Positions 27,871 through 40,806 of a stretch of DNA of 64,000 bases are shown here, in pieces. A program made the position numbers and the translations under genes. The stretch's first letter is position 1. Each line of letters opens with the position of its first letter. The stretch is taken from assembly GCF_001194135.2 (NCBI RefSeq), contig NC_068997.1:55074415-55138414 (forward strand), read 5' to 3'. Below the pieces are notes generated by a model, which searched no databases, was not told the DNA's origin, and saw only the letters and a list, made by a program, of their open reading frames with translations. Source of the stretch: Octopus bimaculoides (taxonomy: Eukaryota).

Positions 27871-28679
27871 ATCATGTTGGGGGATAATTCCATCTTTATC
27901 ACCAGATTGCTCAGAGATATGTATGCGTAAGTGTTTGGTGGATGGAAACAGAAAGCAGGTCGTCATCATGTGTGTTCATGCATCAATGTCTGCTTGTGTG
28001 TTTGCACCTGTGATTGCTTGTATGAAAGTGTTGTAGGTGAGGAGTAAAGAGATTCTTTACTTGAAAAATAGATAAGATTCAATATCAGGAAGAGTATTTG
28101 GCTCTAGAACTGGTTCTCAAAGTGGGCGGTGGAAAGATTTAGGGGCTGTTGAAGAAAATGGGGCAATAAAAAAGGGACCAAAATGTGGCAATAGATGCAA
28201 AAAAAAACAAAAAAAAAACAATCAAAATAAAGTGTTAATTAGGTTAAGTTTTATTTGTGCAATACTGTTGTTTTGAATTTGCTGCAGAAAATGATCTATG
28301 TGTGTGATGGTGAGTGGAGTGGGGTGGCCATTAAGAATGTGGCCTTAGAACGAAGTATATCACTAGGTTCCTAAGATTCCTGTAAAGCCATTTTTGGATT
28401 CTCAATTCAAGATTCTTATATGAAAATTATTTAGGTTATTTTAATAAGCTGGAAGATGAAGTGTGTTAATATCTGTTTATTAAATGCCATAATCTTTCAA
28501 GAATCAAGAAATTAGTTTCCAAAAATTGCTAAGAAATATCAAGTATTAAAAATTTTTTTTTATTTTAAGGAATGTTACCTTCTAGATTATTTTCTCCTCT
28601 TTCTACTTCCAGAAAAAAGTCAGCACGTAAACTTAATCCAACTAGTTCTACAGAAGTCTTCTAATTGATAATATCTTAC

Positions 28680-28727
28680 CTCTGTTAAAATGGAACATAT
28701 CATTAGAAACAGATGTGTTTCAAATGG
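28680..28727 (-). CDS. Candidate exon, product unknown (PFETHLFLMICSILTE)
   Basis: gctgtctttgacttttcctgcag acceptor, gag|gtaaga donor, 48 nt, only phase 0 open. Confidence 0.3.
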
Positions 28728-29036
28728 CTGCAGGAAAAGTCAAAGACAGCAATTCGTAGGCAGAATTTAGCAAGGAACAATTCTCTGATTAATAAATTCA
28801 CCTATCAGTAATTGACTAATTTACATAATCACTGTTGGCAAATTATTAATTAATATTAGGATTTCAATAATGAGTAAAAAATAAAATACAGATATTTATT
28901 ACTTTAACAAAATTATTTTAAAAACACAAACATGTTGATAAAAATTTTGAAACAGTTTCTAAAATGAGTTGTTATGAGTTTAACCTCTTTAATATGGGAC
29001 AGTAAATTCATTAAGTTCATTTTTATATTCTCGCAG

Positions 29037-29097
29037 AACAGGATATATTCAACTCTTCAAAGGATGTTTTTTCCAATTGGTCAAAGAATTGCCAGTA
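29037..29097 (+). CDS. Candidate exon (RTGYIQLFKGCFFQLVKELPV or NRIYSTLQRMFFPIGQRIAS)
   Basis: ttcatttttatattctcgcag acceptor, gta|gtgagt donor, 61 nt, two frames open. Confidence 0.35.
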
Positions 29098-29644
29098 GTG
29101 AGTTGCCATTGGTGTATTTTCTGCACATACATTTTGGCAACGAATATATTTTCCATGAGCAATAAAGTTTATAAAATGCAACAATATTTGTGAGATTCTC
29201 AATGCAATGTTATTTTTAAATATTTAATCTTAAAACTAACTTTAAAATGCAATAAAGAAATTCCCTTTTGAATTATTTAGCTATTTCTGCCAGCATTCAT
29301 GTAGATAAATCGTTATTGCTAAACATTAATTACCTAAATTTGTACATTTCCAAACGTTAGCTATAATTATTAACACCTTGTGCTTTATGGTTTTATGGGT
29401 GGTTAGGCAGTGAAGGCATGTTCAGAATGGTGATCAATAATAATATTTATCAAATTATCTATAACCAGCATAATTAATTTATTCCCTCATAATTTCTTGC
29501 TTGAATCCCAAGAACTAAGATGGGGGAAATAAAATCAATAACGTCAAACAAATAGTTCATTTTGGGGTCAAAGGTTACAGATATATATTTACGTATTAAA
29601 TGGAGAAAAAAAACATTATGTGACAACCTTTCTTTTTGATTTTA

Positions 29645-29863
29645 TCTTTCAGTTTTCAGACTCTATCAAACGTAATTCTTATTTATTCTCAGTGCTTTGA
29701 ATTAATCTTGCATTATCTCATACAGTTGAGATTTTGGTGATGTGAAAGTTTATTTTTAGAATGACATTGTAGGGTAGGTATGGAAGGGGCCAGACCCGGC
29801 CAGTTTGAGTATAAAACTTGTAGAATATTTTGGCTGGTTAAGGTCCATTTAAATGTTAAGGGG
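29645..29863. mobile_element. piggyBac-type MITE family 1, degenerate
   Basis: Body matches 41519-41738; ends tgttaagggg-TTAA. Confidence 0.7.
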
Positions 29864-30216
29864 TTAAATCCAATCAATATTTTTTTATGGGATAACCTGA
29901 AATTTTATCTACACATTTATTAAACTGGCTACATGTGTAATTCACAACCATATGGTTCTAGTTTCAATTTCAAAGCAAGTTACCTTGGGGTAAGTGGTTC
30001 ACCAACCAATAGCTAGTGGGAAGAATTCGGCAGATGAAAATTGTATGTAAGTCCATCATGTGTGCGCATGTGTGTCTGTGTCTTTTACCAATATACATGT
30101 GAAAAATGTATAGTCTCCATTGACAAGAAAAGAGCAATGTTCCTAACACAAAGTTTCATTTCTATTTGTTCTGTACTGAGTTACAAACTCTCCCTTGTCA
30201 CTCTCACCAACAGACA

Positions 30217-30445
30217 CAGGGTTGGCCAAAAGCCACCCAACAGTAAATCGAAACCATTTAATTCTAAAATTTATTTGTTTCATAACTGAATAAATTTAAT
30301 AAAAACTTCTAAATATGAAACATTATGAAAATTGTTCCAACTGAAGTCCTTCAGTGACACATTTTTTCCATTTGAGTCAATACAGAATTGCAGAGAGTAG
30401 TTATGAAATTTTGATTTACAGTCGGGTGACTTTTAACCAACCCTG
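30217..30445. mobile_element. Tc1/mariner-type MITE, 229 bp
   Basis: About 31-bp TIRs cagggttggccaaaagccacccaacagtaaatc / gatttacagtcgggtgacttttaaccaaccctg; TA on the right, CA on the left. Confidence 0.85.
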
Positions 30446-31426
30446 TATATATATATATATATATATATACATACACACACACACACACACATATATACAC
30501 CCATACATACATGCACACACAGCAAGTAAAAATGCAATATCTATTGTGCAGATACTCATAAACAGGATACACACACACACACATAGAGTATATATATTTT
30601 ATATTGTCTATGCTTTATTTCTTTCTTATGTTAAATTTTATTACATCACATCCTTTAATCCTTTGGCACCTTTTGTGTTGTTTTCTTATTTTGGGAACTC
30701 ATTTTTGTTGTGCTCATCTTTGAGTAGAAAATCCCAAACCTCCTCCGTTATAGAAACTTGCTACCATAGCGAAATCCTTTATATCTAAAAGCCATTATGT
30801 AATTCTATTCTATAAAGTTGCATAATGGTAATTCTGAATTAAGTAGAAGAATACTCAGTGTAAATGTCATTGCAAGCGTATGTAGCACATTTCTTGAGTG
30901 TCATGAAGCTCTAGAAGGGAACAGTCAGGAGGTAATTACAGCTTATCAGCCTCCATATTCATTTATTATTTCTCAAAGAAGCCAGCACACACAAAAAATG
31001 TTTTCTAACTCAATGGAGTAGCAGATTCTTCATAACCGTTATATACCTTCAAGCAAAGAAATTTCTCTGAAAACCTGAACTTAAGTTTTCAGATTCCTTC
31101 CGATTATTATCAGTTATTTCTAGTTTTCAATTTAAATGCAGCCAAATTGAACCCCCACCCCACCCGCACTCACCGACATTTTGTTATATTACCGCTGCTT
31201 AAGGCAGGTGAAAATATCTCCATATTATTATCGTATTTATCATCATAGTAAGATTTCTTTTTTTTTTTCTTTCTCTATCAACAGATTAGATGAGTCAGTC
31301 GAACTATGTTTTGTCACCAGAGAAGTTATGTTTGTATCAGATTGATCTGTTTCTGTGGTGAATCTTATGACATGGTATCATGTAATACAATTGGCAATGT
31401 TATCTTTCACAAGGAACAGAGTTTCT

Positions 31427-31800
31427 GGCATGGCCATATGGTTAAGGAGTTTTGTTTCCCTGTCATGTGGTTTCAGGTTCAGTCCCACTGCAGAGCACCT
31501 TGAGCAAGTGCCTCCTATTGAACTTTGGACTGACCAAAACTTTCTGAGTAGATTTGGTTGACAGAGCATGATAATTGTAAATAAGAGTCACCATCATAAA
31601 AGCAGCGTGGTTTATTTCCAATCTTCCATGAAAGCATATCCAGTGATGGAGAAATAATACCTTGCTTGGAAACAAGTGAGGGCTGCCAACAGGAAAGGCA
31701 TCCGGCCATAGAAAATCTCTGCGTTTCACAATGAATTCCATCTGACCCATTTAAGCATGAAAAAGTCGATGTTAAAATAACGAGGATAAATGTCTTCTGT
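31427..31800 (+). mobile_element. SINE A 5' half (to about 31560) followed by another RTE-tail retroposon (about 31570-31800)
   Basis: ggcatggccatatggttaag..caggttcagtcccactg head; ggcatccggccatagaaaa..gacccatttaagcatgaaaaag tail. Confidence 0.75.
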
Positions 31801-31944
31801 TCACATATAACTCAAAACGGAAACAGCAGAGGAAAAAGTTTTATATGAAAATGGCCAATAGCATCACAGAGACTGGTTATTCCTGTTTTGTGTACCCTGT
31901 TGTAGGAGTATTTTGTTTTAACAAGGTCTATTAGTACAAGTTGT

Positions 31945-32270
31945 GAAGGCACGTACCTTTGTGGTTAGAGTATTTGTCTCAAGAACATAAAGTTTTGAGT
32001 TCAATTCCCAGCAGCATACATTGTGTCCTTGAGCAAGACACTTTATTCCACATTGCTCCAGTCCACTCAGCTTGCAAAAATGAGTTGCACCTGTAACTCA
32101 CGAAGGCCGGCCTTGTCACATTCTGTGTCAAACTGAATTTCTGCAAGAACTATGTTAAAGGTATGTGTGTCTGTGGAGTACTCAGCCAGTTGCATGTTAA
32201 TTTCATGAGTAAGATGTTCTGTTGATTGAATCAACTGGAACACACCATCGCAACTAAACAGAATTCCTGT
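31945..32270 (+). mobile_element. tRNA-head SINE family D with Meta/CORE-like central domain
   Basis: gtggttagag..gagttcaattccc head; tgtgtccttgagcaagacacttta..gctccagtccactcagct domain, also at 58384. Confidence 0.7.
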
Positions 32271-33264
32271 TTTTACAAATACAAGTCAAGTTTGACAAAT
32301 CCCAGTCAAAACTCCTCACTGGTGTGCGTCCGACATCATTTAATCATGAAAGAGATTTCTATTTCCTCGTTAAGCTTAATTAATAACAATTTAAGATCTA
32401 CATTGATATAGGAAAAAGAAAATACACATACACACACTCGTTTAACTCTGAATACAAAACAGTGACTATGACTTCGATGTAATCAAACAACAGCTGACGA
32501 CAAGAATTATGTATCATATAACCAAGCAAACAATAAACGGTGTTGTTGTTGCTGTTGTTGATGCATACCCAATTAAACTACAAATTATAGATTAGCAAGA
32601 CATGAAAAAAGATGAGGAAAACAAATTGCTTTCATTAACAGTTTGGAATGTCAGTCCTCACTTCTAACAAAGAAGCTACAGATAATTTTTCATTGGTAGT
32701 ACCCAGTAAACTGTGGAATGAATGCAATGTTTACTGGGTATAAAACAGCACCCAACAACAACTACAATATCAACAATAACAATATACTAGCAACTGATTT
32801 AGTATAGTGGATCTTGTCAGAGAACAACAATTGTTATTTGAAATAGGAATTAAGTGAGAGTAAAGAGAAATTATGAAATATTTACAACTCGATATTTTGT
32901 GTTTTTAATATGTATATAGCTAAATCATATTAAGATATATCTCAACACACACACACACACAAACATATATACAGATCTTTGGAGACACAGTCTGCATAAG
33001 AAGCAGTAGTCAACATAGAGTTAACAGCTTTTATGACAATGAATATTATTTTTCTATTTAATGCATTTACACTAATATGACTCTACACACATGCATATGT
33101 ACATACAAGCATACATACACACGTACTATATATATATATAAATATATGTGCTTCAGTACAAAGTATCAGTCGAGTAATAAGAAATTATGCCGAACCGCGA
33201 TGTTAGGAGGGACAAAGAGAGCCAGCCCCCCACCACATATATATATATATATATATATACACAA

Positions 33265-33395
33265 CGAGCTTCTTTCAGTTTCCCTCTACCAAATCCACTC
33301 ACAAGGCTTTGGTTGACCCGAGACTATAGTAAAGACACTTGCCCAAGGTGCCACACAGTGGGACTGAACCTGGAACATGTGGTTGGTAAGCAAGC
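33265..33395 (-). mobile_element. SINE A 5' half
   Basis: Matches 25318-25471. Confidence 0.9.
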
Positions 33396-34027
33396 TAATA
33401 TATATATATATATATATAAATGATGAACTCAGTGGTTACTACTAAATTCAGGCCACGACAGACAGAGAGGCTGATTTTGGAGCTGAGAATCCGAACTTAT
33501 GGAGACAATATTTACATATTGCCCAAAGAAACACCACTAGATCACAAAATGCAGGGAAACGGTTGCATAATCAAGTACTTGCATGCCTGGAGAACTACAT
33601 TGTGTGGAAACAATTGTAGTGATTAAAAANNNNNNNNNNNNNNNNNNNNNNNNNNNNNNNNNNNNNNNNNNNNNNNNNNNNNNNNNNNNNNNNNNNNNNN
33701 NNNNNNNNNNNNNNNNNNNNNNNNNNNNNNNNNNNNNNNNNNNNNNNNNNNNNNNNNNNNNNNNNNNNNNNNNNNNNNNNNNNNNNNNNNNNNNNNNNNN
33801 NNNNNNNNNNNNNNNNNNNNNNNNNNNNNNNNNNNNNNNNNNNNNNNNNTGTGTGTGTGTGTGTCAGTGCATTTTTCATATATCTGCAGTGTGATGAATA
33901 AGAGATAGCAGTTGTATGAACTGAATAAATAGATAATTAGAACTCTGCAATGATTGTGAGTAATGGCTGATTAGAGAAAACAAGTTAATGTGCTAGGGTT
34001 TCCTTTCTGTGTACTGGACAGACTTAC

Positions 34028-34120
34028 ATTCATAAATATATATATCACAGGTGGCACGTGATATCGAAAGAGATTCCGGTGCCAGCGAGATGCGTACATG
34101 TCAATAGAAATCTGCAATTT
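34028..34120 (-). CDS. Candidate exon, product unknown (KLQISIDMYASRWHRNLFRYHVPPVIYIFMN)
   Basis: tctgtgatttcag acceptor, aat|gtaagt donor, 93 nt phase 0-0, CpG-retaining; includes a short (AT)n near its end, which weakens the call. Confidence 0.25.
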
Positions 34121-34581
34121 CTGAAATCACAGATGATGTTTTAGATACATGTAAATATGGTTTGGATATTGCTATTTCCAGACCAAATATCCTGCCAGAT
34201 CACAGAAAAGCTTTATTTCATTATTCTAGACTGAATGCCGATAAGTCTAAATGTATATTTTTAATGAAAATATAAACGAAAAGAAAATAAAGCAAGCAAA
34301 ACTGCTGGCATGAAAGGAAAACATAATAATGACAAAATCAAAAAGTCCCTCACTCCTCTCTTCTAAAAGAAGGTTCGCAGTTCCATTTCTGGTATATCAA
34401 CTTGGCAGAGAATCAAGATAAACAATAATCTTTTGTACATTAGCTTTGTTATTTTGTCAGCTGTTGTGCAACCTATTCAACAGAATAAACACATTGACAA
34501 TACACACACGCACACATGTACATGTATATGTGTGTATATACATCTACACACATATACTCACACATATATGTAAATACACTG

Positions 34582-34634
<53 letters not shown>

Positions 34635-35314
34635 TAGGTATTATGCAAACATACTCATACTTACATATGCTTACATACATAATTTTTAATCAGCCAAAGT
34701 TACTAAAGTGACTCAAATGCCAAGTGTTGTAAATGTGGCACCTTTGAAGTGCCATGCAAGGCATGGCATGGAACTTGGTTCTTGAGTCACATTTGCTGGT
34801 TTAAAATATATGTATATATACTCATGTATAGAACTCTGTTTGGTCACATATATGTGCACACATGCATATACATATATATATGCATGTGCACACACACAAA
34901 CTCAGATATACTGACATACCTATGTATGTATTTCTATGTGTATACATTATGTGCACACGCTTATTTATATGTATAAACATATCTATATTTGCATATATTA
35001 TATAAACATACACGCATATTCATATCTATCTATCTATCACTGTGTGTGTGTGTGAGCAGTAATAGTAGTAAATACACACACCCAGGCTCATATCTGAAAG
35101 ACTCCTTGGATGAAATTGGTAAATCCTAAGAAATGTTTTAGATCACACATCTACTTTACACACACACATGTATGTAATAGGAAATATTTTGTGTATTTTT
35201 TTTTTTTAAAGATGGCTATGAATTATAAATGCCGATCTAAATTCAATGAATTGATGTCTTCCACTCAACCGACTTTAAAATATTCATTATTGTGTTTGCT
35301 ATTATTTCTTTCAG

Positions 35315-35398
35315 GTTAACATGGTTCAAGTAAATGAAACAGTAGATTCAATAGGTAGAATCTTCTTTGCAATTCACTTACTCTCATCTGGAACAAAG
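35315..35398 (+). CDS. Candidate internal exon (VNMVQVNETVDSIGRIFFAIHLLSSGTK), possibly part of a WD40 repeat
   Basis: Best splice pair in the window: gctattatttctttcag acceptor and aag|gtaaga donor; 84 nt, only phase 0 open. Confidence 0.45.
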
Positions 35399-35434
35399 GT
35401 AAGAAATATCTACATACATCATTCATATACAAAT

Positions 35435-35482
<48 letters not shown>

Positions 35483-36513
35483 AAATGTAAGATTTCATTT
35501 TCAATGCATGGATGTCTTGGAAACAAATTTATGTATCTGCTTCTACTTCTGATTTCGTTTAACATTTCATTTTCGAAATTTACAGAATAGCAGAACTCCT
35601 TTTGCTTTTTTAAATGAAAGCAAAATCACTGAAGCATGATTCATTTTACAGTTCAGTTAATATTCCTGACAACAAATTCAGTGAGGCGTTAATAATAATA
35701 ATTAAACTATGAAACAGAAGCAAATAAACAATAAATTAAATAGTCCACAATGCTGGGAAGAAATATCATGAATAAAAGAATATATTGTTTCGCTCTACCC
35801 TAAGGTAATTTTTGTTCTTGTTCTTTATGTTTCTGAGAATTACAGAGAATAATATATCAGAAGATATTTTCCAGGTTTAAATATTTGTGTAAAAATATTT
35901 AAACAACAGAAAGAAATTGGGAGGGAAAAAAGTATTTAAAAAAAATATTTGACTGATTATTCTGCCCTGTAAAAGTACATCTTTGGTGAAATAGTTCCTG
36001 AGTTCTTTAATGATGGCAATAGATATCTATGGCCACCAACAATAAAAGGCCGATATTTTAAAAGAACTCCAATTGATTGAGAATCTATGAGTTGTCAGCT
36101 GTCCATTGTTGAGCTCTCCTTACTTTTGAATCAAGTATTTATAAGTTAGCTACAGTGTCATTTCATTCTGAGAATATCTATTGGTCTAAAGGAACGGAGT
36201 TCTCCTAAGTGCTTTTTACATTTCTTCATTCTGTCTTACCAGTTGATATCAAAAGCAATTAACAAACAGGTCAAATCAATGCATATTTAATACAGAAATC
36301 ATATCTGAATCTATTTTATACACTGACAGAGAATAACTACATTATTAAACAAACTGCCATTAATTTCAAAGACCATGAGAGAGGTTTCCTTAGAGTAAAG
36401 GAATTACAGTAGAGTCTTGAAATTCTTCATCGATGGAAATTTAGTGCACTCTAAACAATGACTGGCTTTGAAAGGTATCTACTTGAATGTGTGTGTATGT
36501 GTANNNNNNNNNN

Positions 36514-36690
36514 CTGCGGCCATGCTGGGGCACTGCCTTTAGTCGAGCAAATCGATCCCAGGACTTATTCTTTGGAAGCTTAGTACTTATTCTATCGGGC
36601 TCTCTTTTTGCCGAACCACTAAGTTACGGGGACGTAAACACACCAGCCTCATTTGTCAAGCGAAGTTGGGGGGACAAACACACACAAACA
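36514..36690 (-). mobile_element. SINE A 3' half
   Basis: ctgcggccatgctggggcactgcctttagtcgagcaaatcgatccc..gccgaaccactaagttacggggacg. Confidence 0.9.
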
Positions 36691-37009
36691 TATACACACA
36701 TACATGCTAAATTAAAAATTCTTACCATTATATTTGACAGTCAATTGATAGAATAAATAATGGATATAATGCTTTGTAGTTGTTATTTGTGTATCTTTAC
36801 TTTGTGAGTTCAAATACTGGTGAGATCTACTTTATGTTTTGTCCATTAGGGGGTCTACAAAATAAGTATTACTTAAATGGTTTTCCTTACAATCACGCCC
36901 AACATGTTTTGACTTTCCTTGTTAACTCACCTGAAGGTATATAATAATACTTCTTAATCTGAAAAATTAAGGCAATGTAATTATGTGTGATGTAAATCAT
37001 AATCATCAT

Positions 37010-37044
<35 letters not shown>

Positions 37045-37190
37045 TATATATATGGAAAATGGGTGTTAAATGATGGATACTCCCAATTTAATCTGTAGCT
37101 CAGTTTAAATAATTAGTCATTATGAATTATTACAGATATATTAGAATGTACAGAAGTGTTGAGATATATCTTTATTCATACTTACATAAA

Positions 37191-37524
37191 CATAAAGGGC
37201 TGGATACTGTTGCTTGGGACAGACAAGAAAAAGCATGTTCTGTCATAGAGGTCAGCTGTCCTGCTAATGTGAATATCTCTTTAAAAATCAAAGAAGATAA
37301 CCACGGGCAACTGCTTTGAAACCTCCAACTTCTATATCCAGATTATAAATTCTCATTCATACCAATAATAACTGGTGCCCTTTGGTTTTGTAAATAAATG
37401 CCTAACTGTTAATCCGGATAAGTTTGGATTTTCAGAAAAGGAAACCAACCAAGTAACTTGCACATTACAGATTGTAAGTGCAACAGTAAAATTATGCAAG
37501 TCTTTTCTCAAGTTTAAAATGTGA
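37191..37524 (+). mobile_element. Restriction-like endonuclease domain stub of an RLE-type (R2/R4/NeSL group) non-LTR retrotransposon
   Basis: HKGLDTVAWDRQEKACSVIEVSCPANVNISLKIKEDNHGQLL*NLQLLYPDYKFSFIPIITGAL then VKLCKSFLKFKM*; matches the RPD..IIEVSCP..K..PIIxGALG layout. Confidence 0.85.
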
Positions 37525-38656
37525 CATTGTTTTCCTTATCTATATTCCAATGACAGAGCTTTATATCTTTGTTAGAAACCAGCTCCTTCCTCAGAGGAAG
37601 AATTTAAATAGTCGAAAACAGAAGAGAACATACGTACACACAAACATATATATACAGACAAACACACGCACACACATGTATATATATAATACATATATGT
37701 ATATATATATATGTGTATGTGTGTACATATGTATAAGCACACACATACACACGTATATACATGCATGAATTTATGTATGTGTATGTACATATCAGAGAGA
37801 GAGAGGGAAAGAGAGAAAATAGAAGGTTTTAGAACTCATTTGTTATTGTTAATGGGTGAGCAGGTGGTTTATTCAACAGTTCAAATCCACTTCTCCCCTC
37901 CCCCCAACATGACACATCAGCCAACATCTAAATACTGTTTATTCTAGGAAGATAGGACTTTCTACATCCGTATTAGTAAAACAATTATGCTTCTGTATAT
38001 AATAGTCAGACTTAACTATGAGGGGTGTCAAAGAATGAAGCTAATTATAGATTTAATAATTAAAATAAACAAGCCAAATATATTAAAAATAAAAGAAGAA
38101 AATTTTAAATAGTTGGTTTCTATTTACAATTTGTTTTCTTTGATAAAAATCATTATAAACAATTGCATGATGAATCTGAACCTATTTAGAAAAGAATCTA
38201 AATGGAAACAATATTAGTCGTTGAACCAATATACAAATATTTTTGGTAGATATCCTGGATGATTCGTTTCTTCATCTATTTCTCATTCTTTCCTTTCACT
38301 GTAGCATTTGCCTAAAAAACTGTTGCCTTGTGACTAAAGCTCTGCATTATTAGTCACCAAGCATTTGTGTGTGTGTGTTACTGGCATAAAACTGCAGTGG
38401 TTAACTGGTTTTGCTTTTCCTCCAAGGGAGTTGAGGAGGAGTTTAGTTACATATGTTTCATACGACATGAGTTGATTGAATTTGTTGCATATATTGGAAA
38501 ATAGGTGCCAACTTGGAAGTATGTTACCGTCTTAAAATAGTCATGGCAGTGCCCCAGCATGGCCACAGTCTAATGACTGAAACAGGTAAAAGGTACAAGA
38601 CAGTTGATGCTAAACTATAGTTTAACATAAAAAGAACAGCTCCTCTATGTTATAGA

Positions 38657-39125
38657 TGTTTCCTACAATCTGAGCTGGACTCACTGCAGCAATGCATTAC
38701 TGATTGGGAACTCAAGCCGATCACTATACAATTCAGGCAGAATTTATCAATTTCTTCCACAACACCAACTTTAAGAATTCTACAGGTGAATGTGGTCTAG
38801 GTATTATTTTCAACGGTGATCAACACTGAATGAACCACATTTCCAAAATATATGTATGGTTATGGTACATTCATATTGAGAGTTTGTTTCTCTGGTGTGG
38901 AACCCCCATCTTGTCCAAACTATCTATTGGAAACTAGAATCTGTTTAGAGACATGCAATTAGATAAATATCTTCCATCAGTTGTTTACCATATGTTGAAT
39001 GTCTTCCTTCTCTAGGCATTGACACACTGAAGTTTCCATGACTGGCAGCTGACTTGACAAAAATCCACAAGATTATTTACCATCTTTCCAACAGCAACAT
39101 GGAATGGAATACTCAAGCTGTTAGC
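38657..39125 (+). mobile_element. Decayed CR1-clade LINE ORF2 C-terminus
   Basis: LQSELDSLQQ..W, GLGIIF..HISKI, SLVWNPHL..KLESV*RHA..LPY..LGIDTL..ADLTKIHKII, matching the DLGI / VWxPxL / LExVQRRA / DLxxxYKII motifs. Confidence 0.85.
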
Positions 39126-40389
39126 AGTTAAAACAGTATTTCCTTGGAAAATTCCATGCTTCTCCAAACCACCAACACTACTTCCTCCTTATCATTCTTT
39201 TGCTGTTCACTTTTCTGTTTTCTTGTGTTTCATCCTGTGTGCTATATTTTTGGGTATCGTTGGTGCCTTTCATTACTTCACTTACTGCAGCTTTCAGTCC
39301 CCTTTTTTTTTCTTTCATCCTTTTCCGACAAATTATAGGGCCCCTGAGCAATGTATACAATAGGCTCATTATTATCATGTTTTTCTTCACCAATTATGAA
39401 ATTAATATATTTAGCAAGTAGAGGTTTCTCCAGCTGCACATGGAGAAACAGAATGATATATTATGTAGATGAGAGAGAGAGAGAGAGAGAAAGAGAGATG
39501 CACTCTACTCTAATTATTAGTTACGAAAACTGAAACAAATTTTAATGATATCAAATAAATAATAAATTGCATTCTGGGAAACTTCAAAAAAGGATTTTTG
39601 AAATATTTTTCTTTTTTTGTGTAATTTTTATTTCTGGATTGCTAAACATTTCGTCAACACCAATCAAGATAGCACGTGGCAATTGTTTAATAAATGAAAT
39701 ATTTAGTTTAATAATAGTCAAAGTGCCTGGAGACAAAAGAATATTTACATGTTGCCACATGATAATTATAATAATGATAATAATAATAATCATAAAGGTG
39801 TGTAAAGAGAAAAGTAATTAAAGTAATTAAATATAATATATTTAACGAGGAACAGAACAAAATAGTTTCACTCTGGTGAATGATTTGTAATTGAGGATCA
39901 CTAAATGTGTTAAATTTTTTTTTTCTTTTTGTGTTGATAATTATTCATATTTGATTGATAAACTCTGGTACTCTTATTTGAAAGAGTTAGCTCTGGTACT
40001 TCTATTTGATATAACTAACTCAGGTACTCATCTGCTTCTCTGGTCACCTACAGTCAAGACACTCACAATACACACACTTCATGGAGTCACCTAATACTGA
40101 AGCTCCATAACTGTTTTTCAACTCCACTCCTTGTATAAACACATTCTGTCTACAAATATAGCTGGTCCCCATTCTACATGAGTTACTTTGTGAGGCACCA
40201 CTGATGTTGTTTAGTTGCAAGTAGAGAAATAACTCACCTTAAAAGAAATAGTGTCTGCTGCATGAAGAAAATGATGAATGTCTTTTAAGGAACTACATTA
40301 TTGCAAGAGAAATAATTATTAAAGACACTCAGAAATTGACCTTACAAAATCTCGGATATATATATATATATATATACCTTTGGAAATGG

Positions 40390-40806
40390 GCTGTGCGTGA
40401 GAAGACCCGGCAAGCCAAGTAAGATCGTTGCCAGTGCCCCTGGACTGGTTCTTGTGCGGGTGGCACATGAGATGCACCATTTTGAGCGTGGCCATTGCCA
40501 GTACCGCCTGACTGGCTCCTGTAGGATTTTCGAGCGAGATCGTTGCCAGTGCCCCTGGACTGGCTTGTGCGGGTGGCACATAAAAGACACCATTTCGAGC
40601 GTGGCCGTTTTCGTGCAGGTGACACGTAAAAGCACCCACTACACTCTCTGAGTGGTTGGCGTTAGGAAGGGCATCCAGCTGTAGAAACTCTGCCAAATCA
40701 GACTGGAGCCTGGTGTTGCCATCCGGTTTCACCAGTCCTCAGTCAAATCGTCCAACCCATGCTAGCATGGAAAGCGGACGTTAAACGATGATGATGATGA
40801 TGATGA
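40390..40806 (+). mobile_element. Young GC-rich SINE-like retroposon family C with RTE-type tail
   Basis: CpG-rich; internal duplication; perfect palindrome ccatgctagcatgg at 40757-40770; (GAT)n tail; (TA)n on both flanks. Confidence 0.92.

Noticed and set aside
40238-40257. Minus-strand micro-exon with NAGNAG acceptor and aag|gtgagt donor
   Set aside because: 17 or 20 nt, not frame-preserving, and no independent support
40319-40732. Complex-looking 84-146 aa ORFs here and at 57007-57544
   Set aside because: They lie within the GC-rich SINE C copies; several frames are open on both strands because of low stop density, and the starts are mostly non-ATG
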